In this document: positions 15,734 to 23,761 of the stretch, one piece after another
Layout: each line of letters starts with the position of its first letter
How positions within the stretch are numbered: position 1 is the stretch's first letter
Origin: a bacterium
Lineage (GTDB): Bacteria; Zhuqueibacterota; Zhuqueibacteria; Oceanimicrobiales; Oceanimicrobiaceae
DNA length: 23,774 nucleotides
Reading direction: 5' to 3'
NCBI GenBank assembly: GCA_046757165.1
Contig: JBHHXT010000061.1
Coordinates: 1-23,774 of the forward strand
Program-made: the position numbers and the translations under genes
Notes under the pieces: model-generated
What the model was told of the DNA's origin: nothing
Database searches by the model: none
What the model saw: the letters and a program-made list of their open reading frames with translations, nothing else

Positions 15734-16438
15734 ATGATTTCTTTTGAGGAAAATGATAGGCCACCTTCGGAGGCTCAGGAGACAACCCACAGCGAGCCCG
15801 AGCAGAAACCACAAGGGGCGGACGAGATGTCCGGCTTCATCTGGCGGACGTTCGTGGGCAACAAGAAGAAGGAAGACTTTTTCAAGAGCTCTCTCTTACT
15901 GCTCATCATCATCAACGGAATCCTCGGCTTTTTCTTGTACAATCAAAAAACGCAAAAATCAGTCTACGTCATCGACGCCGGCGTTCCAAAACTGGCGCAC
16001 CTGGTCGCCAGCGACGTTCGGGTTGATGAGCAACTCCACTTCTTCATCAAAATATGGGCGAAACTGCTGTTTGAAGTGACGGGTAACAACTATGCCCAGA
16101 ACCGGGAAACCCTGAAAGAGCTTTCGAGCCAAAGCCTGATGAAACGCATCCTGACGGCCGAAAGTGCCAGCAGCAACAGGCTCATCAAGGAAATCATCCA
16201 ATCTGAAACCATGCGCTTGAAGGTGGCGGACATCATCATTGACAAAATCGAACGACGCGGCAGCATTATCACTGTCGCTTTCAGTGAGATCATACAGATC
16301 GATTTGCCCGATGGCAGTGAAAAATATGTCACCCGCCACAAAGCCGAAATCATCTCGACGAAATACACCTTGAATGGAATTGGCCTGGTGATGGTGGACC
16401 TCGACAATCTTTGGAAGCTAGACAGGAGATTAAAATAA
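15734..16438 (+). CDS. traK: VirB8-like bitopic protein (Bacteroidota TraK-like)
   Basis: Single TM followed by KSVYVIDAGVPKLA (TraK-type IYVLD.G.P.LA), F...F.VT, and C-terminal N..GL. The start could alternatively be ATG 15827. Confidence 0.75.
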   Translation: MISFEENDRPPSEAQETTHSEPEQKPQGADEMSGFIWRTFVGNKKKEDFFKSSLLLLIIINGILGFFLYNQKTQKSVYVIDAGVPKLAHLVASDVRVDEQLHFFIKIWAKLLFEVTGNNYAQNRETLKELSSQSLMKRILTAESASSNRLIKEIIQSETMRLKVADIIIDKIERRGSIITVAFSEIIQIDLPDGSEKYVTRHKAEIISTKYTLNGIGLVMVDLDNLWKLDRRLK

Positions 16439-17460
16439 TGAATCTACCCGAGCATTATGCCAAGCTGAACAAGAAGTGGATCATTCTGGGGGTGATCGGC
16501 TTTGTTTTGATTTTTCTGACCGTCTCTTTCCTTGCCTCCTACTATGAATACAAAAAGAGCGGCCCCATTTCGGAAGAGCCCGTCAGCACATACGATGAAG
16601 ATAGCTTCGCGCGCTTGCATGAGGAATTTATCAAAGACAAACCGCACGGCAAAGACCAGAAAGAGATCCTGGCGGAAATTGTCAAAGAAAGCAAGAAGGC
16701 CGACCCAAGAGTAAGAAGAATCAGTACTGAAAGCCTCTATTCAAAAGGCACGTTCGATACCCTGGCTGTCAATTGTGGCATCTTACTCGAAAAATACAAA
16801 GAGCTGGTCATAAAATGCAATGAGCTGGAAAAACAGCTGGGAAAGAAGAAAGGCAAAACCGCCTCCGGCAAGAAAAAGGGCAAATCTTCCGCATCGCGTT
16901 TTGCAGCTAAACCTCCCGCTACCAGCCGCGGATTTGATTACACCCGATACATTCGCACCGGCACAAGCAGTGAATTGCGCAACGAGGGCGGCGGCGGCAG
17001 CTTTGGCAAAAGCGCGCAGTTCACCTGGGCCACGCTTTCTCTGCGCCAAAAGCAGAGGGTCTTCAATCAGTCGGTGGTCGCTTTTGATGTCGCGGAAGCT
17101 TTCGAGCTGCAGGGCTCGAGCATCCCGCGTTCGGCCGTGGTGGAGGGGGTCGCGCAAGTGAGTCGCGGCCGCGGCAGAATCTTCATCACTTTTCGCAACA
17201 TCTACACAGAGGATCAGACCTTCGATATCGAAGGAGAAGTCTTCGCGCTCGACAGGTCGCGTGGCCTGAATGTCTTTATACACGGAGAAAGCAGTGTGGC
17301 GGAAAGCTTCAAACGCGAAGCCACAGACCTCATCGGTTTGCTCGACCCGTCCCGCACCGGCATCGGGCGAAACGTGATCCAGGACACAGATGTCGGACAG
17401 GAAGTCTATGGTGTCCTGGACGCGGGAACCATGGTGCTGGCCAACATCAGAAAACGATGA
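16438..17460 (+). CDS. traM: VirB10-like core complex protein (Bacteroidota TraM-like)
   Basis: Coupled to traK by TAATG. N-terminal TM, coiled coil, K/G-rich linker, and a C-domain IPR.AVV.G.AQ...GRIFI.F.NI......I.GEVFALD...GL.V ending L.AGT.V. Confidence 0.78.
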   Translation: MNLPEHYAKLNKKWIILGVIGFVLIFLTVSFLASYYEYKKSGPISEEPVSTYDEDSFARLHEEFIKDKPHGKDQKEILAEIVKESKKADPRVRRISTESLYSKGTFDTLAVNCGILLEKYKELVIKCNELEKQLGKKKGKTASGKKKGKSSASRFAAKPPATSRGFDYTRYIRTGTSSELRNEGGGGSFGKSAQFTWATLSLRQKQRVFNQSVVAFDVAEAFELQGSSIPRSAVVEGVAQVSRGRGRIFITFRNIYTEDQTFDIEGEVFALDRSRGLNVFIHGESSVAESFKREATDLIGLLDPSRTGIGRNVIQDTDVGQEVYGVLDAGTMVLANIRKR

Positions 17461-17490
17461 CGTGAAACGGCAAACGTGAAACGTGAAACG
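17461..17490 (+). repeat. 7-bp tandem repeat (CGTGAAA CGGCAAA CGTGAAA CGTGAAA CG)
   Basis: Begins immediately after the traM stop codon. Confidence 0.8.
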
Positions 17491-17571
17491 AATTCTTATG
17501 GCACCAGTGACAAATTCGCTGTTGGCGAGGAGGGCAGCGGGCTTCCAAGTCCGGCCCCAAAAAGGCAATAG

Positions 17572-18486
17572 ATGAGCACTAGCACGACAAAAACTCCCGG
17601 CACCTGGCTGCTGACTCTGATCCTCCTGTTGGGTGGTTTCGCTCTGGCACATGCCAATGGCAGCGACATCGTGATGTATCTCGAGATCGGTACGCTCTCA
17701 GAGATCATCATCCCCGAGCCGTACACCACGGTCCAAATCCCGGTACAGATTATCGAGATGCGCGATGTTCCCGGGCGCAACAAGCGCGTCATTACCGTGC
17801 ATCCTATCGTTCCACAAAAGACCAAAACCAACATCAGAGTCTATACGCAACACTACGATTTTAATATCCGCATTTTTCTCAATTGGACGGGGACCAGGAC
17901 CACGGAAAGTCTCGATCTCGGCAAGTTTGCGCAGAAGATCACACCCTGGAAAGACACCGCTGCGCCAAATGGCATAGTGGATAATGGCGCAAAGACCAGG
18001 AATGGCGCGTCCGGAAACGGCTCCGATATCCAGCCAGACAGACCGGCCACTTTCGGAGACTTCAGCTTCAAGAAGCTGTACAAAGTCAGGCCGGATTTGC
18101 TCAAACCAAACAAGCACGCGCCTGCCATGGTGAAAAACCGCGTCGTGTTTGCCATTGACCATATCTTTCACCACAAAGGCAAGCTGGTTTTCAAGGCCAC
18201 GCTCTGGAACAAATCCAAGGTCCCTTATAACATTCTTCAACTCACTGTGACATACAAGGAGAAAGTTGGCATCCCGGTCCTCAATCAACACGAATCCAAG
18301 TCGCTGATCCTGGCGCCATTCTACGAAAAATATTCGAGAAAAATTGTGGCGCCGGGCAAAAAATCTCACATCATCTACGTCACCTCCAAACTAAGTCCGC
18401 AAGACACGGGATTCTTTAATTGTGTTCTGGTTGAAAAATTCGGCACCCGCAACTTTGATTTCAATATTCCCTCATACATCAAATAA
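17572..18486 (+). CDS. traN: VirB9-like core complex protein (Bacteroidota TraN/DUF4138-like)
   Basis: Signal peptide. C-domain L.NKS.VPYNI..L.....EK ... IVAPGK....IY...K.......F...L.EK.G.RN..F.I follows the TraN pattern. Confidence 0.8.
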   Translation: MSTSTTKTPGTWLLTLILLLGGFALAHANGSDIVMYLEIGTLSEIIIPEPYTTVQIPVQIIEMRDVPGRNKRVITVHPIVPQKTKTNIRVYTQHYDFNIRIFLNWTGTRTTESLDLGKFAQKITPWKDTAAPNGIVDNGAKTRNGASGNGSDIQPDRPATFGDFSFKKLYKVRPDLLKPNKHAPAMVKNRVVFAIDHIFHHKGKLVFKATLWNKSKVPYNILQLTVTYKEKVGIPVLNQHESKSLILAPFYEKYSRKIVAPGKKSHIIYVTSKLSPQDTGFFNCVLVEKFGTRNFDFNIPSYIK

Positions 18487-18496
18487 TCGAGGTAAG

Positions 18497-18988
18497 ATGA
18501 GAATGTTTCTGACCTGTCTGCTGGCATTCGTACTCAGCAGCCATGTGTACGCGCAATATCAAAAAATGGCCAGGGCCAGCTCCATCAACCTGTCCGCCGC
18601 TGCTTCCTATGCCAACCTGGGCTGGAGCAAGCAGCTCAGCAACAAGACCAACCTGGCCATCAGCGGTTCTTATTTTCAGGATGAGGCCAATTCGATTACC
18701 TCGGACAACTTTAGCGCCAACCTGGGGCTGAGCCGCTGGCTCTTTCGTATCGGAGACGCTTACATCAGTGGCGGGGTGGGCGGATTTGTTGCCCACACTC
18801 ATGCCGAGAGCGCAGCCGATACGGAGGACAATGATGTCAGCTTCGGGATTGACTTGCGCGGAGAGCTGGAATTCTATCCCACCTGGTGGCTGGTTCTGTT
18901 CGGGGAAGTCAAGCAAATGGAGTTCTTTACCTCCGATTTTCTCAACAGGAAGTTTATTGTTGGTGGGGGTGTGAAGATTGTCTTTTGA
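18497..18988 (+). CDS. traO: Small outer-membrane beta-barrel (Bacteroidota TraO-like)
   Basis: Signal peptide VYA|Q, amphipathic beta-strands, GELEFY, and a C-terminal beta-signal GGGVKIVF. Directly follows traN. Confidence 0.7.
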   Translation: MRMFLTCLLAFVLSSHVYAQYQKMARASSINLSAAASYANLGWSKQLSNKTNLAISGSYFQDEANSITSDNFSANLGLSRWLFRIGDAYISGGVGGFVAHTHAESAADTEDNDVSFGIDLRGELEFYPTWWLVLFGEVKQMEFFTSDFLNRKFIVGGGVKIVF

Positions 18989-19053
18989 GAGGGTCTGCTG
19001 TGACTCACTCCTTTCAAAATAATGGAATGCAACGATAGCAAGGGGAGCAAGCT

Positions 19054-20820
19054 TTGAAAGTACACTCATCTGCAATCATAACACTCATCGTTCTCACGGC
19101 GGTCAGTTGCTCGGACCGCAAGGAAGACAACCCCCTGACCGCAAACAATCAACCGCCGACGCTGCAAGTGCTGGGCTTCGCGTCGGATACGCTGGTCTAT
19201 GTCAATGAAAAGGCCTACGAGTTCGACTTTGTGGCAACAGATGATGGCCAAAAGGAGCTCGAGGTGCTAGCAAAGGCCATCGGCAACTCGGGCACGGTCA
19301 CGATCGTTGACAAAACCGAAGCAGGTCTTTACAAGGCCGAGTTTGTGCCGTCACGGAAGGGCGAACATCTCATCGAAATCTCTGTCTCTGATGGGCTCGA
19401 GACTGCGACCGCCACGTTGTCGGTGTTTTTTGGCGACAATCAGCTCCCGGTGGCGGTGATCCAGTTCCAGGAATTGGCACGGGATAATCAGAATCTCTTG
19501 TTTACTTATGAATTCGATGCCGGCAATTCGAAGGACAAAGACAGCAGGATTGTCAAGGCGACCTGGAACCTGGATGGCGTGGTCGTAGAAACACCGTTCG
19601 AGCAGAACTTGCAGCACACCTTCAACTACTACGCCGATTACAAGATCGATTTGACGGTCGAAGACGAGTACGGCGGCATCAACTCGACCAGCGCCACCAT
19701 CGACAATTCCAGACCCCTGGCCAGTTTTATTATTCGACCGGTTCCGGAGGCAAAGAACGGCGACCAGATCACCCTCGATGCTGCAGCCAGTGTGTCACCG
19801 CGGGGACAAATCAGCGAATACGAATGGCTCCACCAGCGCCAGCAGGGCGTGGATATCCTGGCTGAGCTGAGCGACAATCTTTTTCGCTATCAGGTCAACA
19901 TGCCGGTCGGGGAAAATTTCATCGGCCTGGTGGTCATGGATGTCGAGGGAAATGTTTCAGACACGACTTGGGTGAGCTTTAATGTGATCAACCAACCGCC
20001 CCAGGCTGATTTTGGTTTTCGCACCGAGCTGGAGCGCATTATCATTACCGACAACCTGTCGCAGGATACCGACCCGGGCGATACCCTGAGCTATAGCTGG
20101 TTCCTGAATGACTCGCTGGACAGCGCCAAACAAAACGAAGCCCTGCCCGTCTTCGACCTGCGGGGCGCCGTCTATCAGTTGACCCTCACCGTCACCGACA
20201 ATCACGGCGCTTCCGGCTCGAGGACGCGCTCCGTCAGCGTGCCGGGCGTGCCGGAGGCGCACTTCGTTTTTCCCGGCGGGGTTGAAGACAACTTCGAGAC
20301 CGGCAACGGTGAGAGCGTCGTCATCGATGGCAGCCAATCTGTCGCCGGCAATGAAAGCCGGGGCATCGAATCCTTCACCTGGTTCCTGCGTGGCGACAAC
20401 TTCCCGGTCGAAACGCTCTCTGACGGCAGAGCGGATGAGATCACCCTGCAGATGAGTCATCAAATCGGCGAATATGAAATCGGCCTCAAAATTACCAACC
20501 AGGAAGGCATGGAGAGCGCCACAACGTGGAAGAAGCTGATTCTGCTCAACAGCGCTCCAATCGCCGAATTCACGTGCGAATTTCAAGCCTTTCTGGAAGG
20601 CATTGTCTACAGAATCCTGACCAATGATTCCACGGATCCCGACCCCAGCGATTCCCTCTCCTTTCACTGGTTCCTCGATGGGGTTGAACAAGAGCAGACC
20701 GGTCCCACCCCTACCTTTACGCGGGACCACAGCTCCTTTGTAGACACGATCACGCTGCGAGTCGAAGACCTGTTTGGCGGTACCGGTGAGAAGTCCATCA
20801 CCGGCGGCTGCAGCGAATAA
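19054..20820 (+). CDS. Lipoprotein with about six tandem PKD/Ig-like domains (adhesin-like)
   Basis: TTG start with AAGGGGAG RBS; lipobox TAVS|C. Domain starts NQPP, NQLP, NSRP, NQPP, GVPE, NSAP; PKD motifs FDA..S.D.D, Y.W, LTV.D..G. Confidence 0.85.
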   Translation: MKVHSSAIITLIVLTAVSCSDRKEDNPLTANNQPPTLQVLGFASDTLVYVNEKAYEFDFVATDDGQKELEVLAKAIGNSGTVTIVDKTEAGLYKAEFVPSRKGEHLIEISVSDGLETATATLSVFFGDNQLPVAVIQFQELARDNQNLLFTYEFDAGNSKDKDSRIVKATWNLDGVVVETPFEQNLQHTFNYYADYKIDLTVEDEYGGINSTSATIDNSRPLASFIIRPVPEAKNGDQITLDAAASVSPRGQISEYEWLHQRQQGVDILAELSDNLFRYQVNMPVGENFIGLVVMDVEGNVSDTTWVSFNVINQPPQADFGFRTELERIIITDNLSQDTDPGDTLSYSWFLNDSLDSAKQNEALPVFDLRGAVYQLTLTVTDNHGASGSRTRSVSVPGVPEAHFVFPGGVEDNFETGNGESVVIDGSQSVAGNESRGIESFTWFLRGDNFPVETLSDGRADEITLQMSHQIGEYEIGLKITNQEGMESATTWKKLILLNSAPIAEFTCEFQAFLEGIVYRILTNDSTDPDPSDSLSFHWFLDGVEQEQTGPTPTFTRDHSSFVDTITLRVEDLFGGTGEKSITGGCSE

Positions 20821-20858
20821 GGGTCTCGAGATTTCAAATCCTAAACGGGAGTCCGAAA

Positions 20859-21125
20859 ATGGCCTTGATCTACAAGATTGTCGAACTCAACACCAGAACC
20901 CTGATGAAGGGTCGCCTGAGGCTCAGACATGTGGAAGACATCCTCAACAAATGGTCGGCTGACGGCTGGCAGCTCGACCGCATCATGACCGGCGCTGATT
21001 ACTCCTTTTTGAGCGGCAAGAAGGAGGTCTACCTCATCATCTTCAAGCGCGAGGCGGAGCAGGCACCAAAGCAGGAGAAAGAGACTACCGCGCAAGAGGT
21101 CGAGGAGGGCAACGGACCACAATAA
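20859..21125 (+). CDS. DUF4177-like small protein
   Basis: YKIVEL...LNKWSADGWQL...LIIFKR pattern followed by an acidic tail. Confidence 0.75.
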   Translation: MALIYKIVELNTRTLMKGRLRLRHVEDILNKWSADGWQLDRIMTGADYSFLSGKKEVYLIIFKREAEQAPKQEKETTAQEVEEGNGPQ

Positions 21126-21246
21126 CAAGGTCTTCGTTGTTTATGGCCACGATGAAACAGCAAGAAACCATCTTGAGACAATGCTTAGGCGGTGGGGACT
21201 GGAACCACTAATTCTTGACCAGCGTTTTCTTCAACAGATTCAGTGA
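21121..21246 (+). pseudogene. Fragment of a TIR-like nucleotide-binding domain gene (CAP12/Pycsar-type TIR)
   Basis: Not in the ORF track. Manual translation NNKVFVVYGHDETARNHLETMLRRWGLEPLILDQ, after which similarity breaks. No in-frame start lies between the stop at 21010-21012 and 21121. Confidence 0.8.
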
Positions 21247-21250
21247 ATCG

Positions 21251-21280
21251 GCCCGGCGCAGCACAGTCATCCGTTATGCC
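21251..21280 (+). mobile_element. Probable right half of an integron attC site (R' GTTATGCC)
   Basis: GTTATGCC at 21273-21280 is the exact complement of GGCATAAC at 22195-22202, as expected at the two ends of a cassette. No left half was found. Confidence 0.55.
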
Positions 21281-21532
21281 GAAAAGTCAAGAATAAAAAA
21301 TAATGCAAGAAGTACAGCGACGGAAATTTCCAAACTGAAGTATCCCGGGGCATAGGAGGAGAGGCGAGCATCATTCCCTCTCTCTCCTACTTCTCAACGG
21401 TTGATCTTGAAACAAAACAGGTAGCAAAAATTGATATGATTTCTCCAGATTCAACTATTGCTTTTACAGGCAAATATACTTAAAAAAAAGACAGGTTGTG
21501 AAATTTCAATCATACAAAACGTGGTGATAGCA

Positions 21533-21763
21533 ATGACTAAAGCATTATTAGAAAGAATGATCTTAGAAGAAACCAAGAATTTGTCTGCTGACACTTTGCA
21601 TGAAATCTTGGATTTCATAAAATTCAAAAAGCAAAAGACCTTTGGGAAAAAGTCCTTTGAAAAAAATATGGAAACTGAATTAAGCGATCTCAATGAAATG
21701 TCATTAATACATTTAGAAGAAGAATTTTCAAACTATAAAGAGCTTTACCCGCGTGAACATTAA
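21533..21763 (+). CDS. Putative antitoxin (DUF2281-like)
   Basis: 76 aa with a L...L.EILDFI.F...K motif; overlaps the downstream PIN gene; AT-rich. Confidence 0.7.
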   Translation: MTKALLERMILEETKNLSADTLHEILDFIKFKKQKTFGKKSFEKNMETELSDLNEMSLIHLEEEFSNYKELYPREH

Positions 21764-22145
21764 TTACGTCACTGATACAATGGCTTTGGTTTTACGACTT
21801 GAGAAAAGAAGATTAGGTCGAAAAGTAAAAGCTATTTTTGAGGATGTAGAAAAGGGAAACATAAAATTAATGGTTCCTGCGATGGTGTTGGCTGAAATTG
21901 GGTATTTGTCGGAAAGAAATAAAATTGATACCAATTTGAATGAAGTCAAAGATTATTGTGAGAGACATCCTACAGTTCAAATAGAACCCATAACGGAAGA
22001 AATAATTCACAGAAGTTTTGAAATTGATGATAAGCCAGAATTGCATGACAGAATAATTGCTGGAACTGCCTACCTAAGAAATTTAGAACTTGTTACCAAC
22101 GATCCAATAATCATAGATTCCAAATTTGTTTCTACTGTTTGGTAA
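21753..22145 (+). CDS. vapC: PIN-domain VapC-like toxin
   Basis: YVTDT.AL, VP.MVLAE, ELHDRIIAGTA...L.LVT.D; the PIN acidic residues are present. Confidence 0.9.
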   Translation: MNINYVTDTMALVLRLEKRRLGRKVKAIFEDVEKGNIKLMVPAMVLAEIGYLSERNKIDTNLNEVKDYCERHPTVQIEPITEEIIHRSFEIDDKPELHDRIIAGTAYLRNLELVTNDPIIIDSKFVSTVW

Positions 22146-22193
22146 GAAATTCAAACTTGCATTCATTAAGAATCAGTTGCTCTCAGCAAATTA

Positions 22194-22326
22194 GGGCATA
22201 ACATTTTTTTGCAGCCGATTGCGGGGCTCCTGCGTAATTTCCAGTTTTGCTTTTTTTCGAGGTTCCTTCTTAAGGGCAGCTTTGGCGCATTGAAATCCGG
22301 CAACGGCTGAAAAACTCGTTATGCCC
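22194..22326 (+). mobile_element. Integron attC recombination site (133 bp)
   Basis: R'' GGGCATAAC (22194-22202) and R' GTTATGCCC (22318-22326) form a perfect 9-bp inverted pair. L'' TTGCAGCCGATTGC pairs with L' GCAACGGCTGAA leaving extrahelical bases. It lies downstream of the cassette ORFs. Confidence 0.85.
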
Positions 22327-22824
22327 ACAATTCTTTGGGTAGTTTTTGCGATTTCTATAGTCATCATTTTTCGTGTCGACATTAGTCGTCTGTTGAAGAC
22401 TCTTAGCTGGAGAATTCGTACCGGTGCCTCTCTGAAGGTAGGTGTGATTGAAATCGGACAGAGTTATGTCTCACCTGGAGCTAACCTGTCAGACAAATCT
22501 GGTTATGTTGAAACTAGGAAAGATGAGAATCAAGCCCGCTATACCCAGAGAGAGCAATATTATGTACCAAATAGAAATGTTCAGCTCGTGCACAAGCTAG
22601 CACCATCGGAACGCCCCGGACAGCTTTATGATATGTTGATTTGTCTAATCCCTCATGGATATGGCGCAACCCTTGCGTCCGTTGCGTGGGTCGAATACTA
22701 TTTCGGAAAAAGTCGGGGAGAGCGAATCTTTATTTCCAGAGACCGTGCAAGGAGTTTTTCTGTTGCCACGTCAGCATACATCGCCTTTACTTTTGGCCTA
22801 CGCCGAAAAGCATTACTCAGATAA
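22321..22824 (+). pseudogene. Membrane-anchored protein with a prokaryotic YEATS-like domain, probably truncated
   Basis: N-terminal TM plus LKVG.IEIG, then YD..I.LIPH, V..VEYYFG..., F.SRDR...F....SAY. The ATG lies inside attC R', and the sequence after SAY (about 22780) belongs to a different gene. Confidence 0.55.
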
Positions 22825-23132
22825 ATACACTCGAATTGAGGTGCGATTCCGAGGACCGCTTTGTTACATTGACGCTTATGCCGAGCCCTGGGTTCCGTCT
22901 GACTTTGACCCAAAGGTATTTGGGGAATCACGTGAGGAAGTATTTTGAGCGGCTACGAAATACTCCAATCCATCTTTGTCGGCTGCGCTATTTCGGAGAT
23001 GAAAATCGTTGGACGTTGGCTTTCTATACATATAGCCAGGAAAAATATGAGCCATCGGTTTTCAACAGTGGGAGTTTCGACGGTACCCCTGAGGAAGCCT
23101 TTGAGATCTGTGCGGTGTTTTTGACGGATTGA
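22790..23132 (+). pseudogene. 5'-truncated, frameshifted conserved hypothetical gene
   Basis: AYAEKHYSDKYTRIEVRFRGPLCYIDAYAEP...ESREE continues as YFERLRNTPIHLCRLRYFGDENRWTLAFYTYSQEKYEPSVF...TPEEAF if one base near 22940 is removed. No start codon. Confidence 0.6.
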
Positions 23133-23254
23133 TGGCACCGGGTCGGCGTGATCGGACAAAGCGTCGAGACCAAACACGCGCTCGCGCTGAGTTTGCAGCC
23201 CCTGCGAGCATGGAGTGAGGGTGCCAGCAGTTGCGGCTGGTGTTTACATATTGC

Positions 23255-23761
23255 ATGAAAAAGATAAGCGCAAAAGACAGAACAGAATGGCGAGCGTGGC
23301 TATCTGCCAACCATGATAAAGTGGCGGAAGTCTGGCTGATATTCTATAAGAAGGAGACCGGCAAAACATCCGTTGAGTACGGAGCTTCCGTAGAAGAGGC
23401 GCTCTGTTTTGGATGGGTTGATAGTATCATTAAGAACCTGGATGAGACCAAATACGCAAGGAAATTCACGCCGAGAAGACCCCATAGCAAGTGGTCACCA
23501 TCGAATATAAAGCGTGTCGAGAAGCTGATAGAAGAAGGATTGATGACCGGGCATGGCATGCAAAAGGTAGAGGCTGCCAAACGGGATGGCAATTGGGACC
23601 ACCCGGTGCAAAAACCTGAGCTGACCTTCGAAATCCCGCCAGAATTCTCACAGGCATTGAACCGAAACAAGGCAGCCAAGGAAAACTTCGACAAGTTGGC
23701 AACCACCTACCAAAAGCAGTATATCGAAAGCATAACCTGCGCTGCCATTCAACGCACTTAA
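23255..23761 (+). CDS. YdeI/OmpD-associated family protein, C-terminally truncated
   Basis: EWRAWL..NH....EVWL.FYKK, VEEALCFGW.DS, FTPR...S.WS..N..RV..LI..G.M. The expected W...AK..ETR..RI ending is replaced after KQYI. Confidence 0.85.
   Translation: MKKISAKDRTEWRAWLSANHDKVAEVWLIFYKKETGKTSVEYGASVEEALCFGWVDSIIKNLDETKYARKFTPRRPHSKWSPSNIKRVEKLIEEGLMTGHGMQKVEAAKRDGNWDHPVQKPELTFEIPPEFSQALNRNKAAKENFDKLATTYQKQYIESITCAAIQRT

Noticed and set aside
9198..21125. Complete ICE/conjugative transposon call
   Set aside because: No integrase, relaxase, coupling protein, tRNA target or flanking direct repeats are visible in the window.
23132..23254. Possible additional attC between the hypothetical gene and ydeI (tggcacc...ggtgcca inverted pair)
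   Set aside because: No RYYYAAC/GTTRRRY core pair; only a 7-bp inverted repeat.
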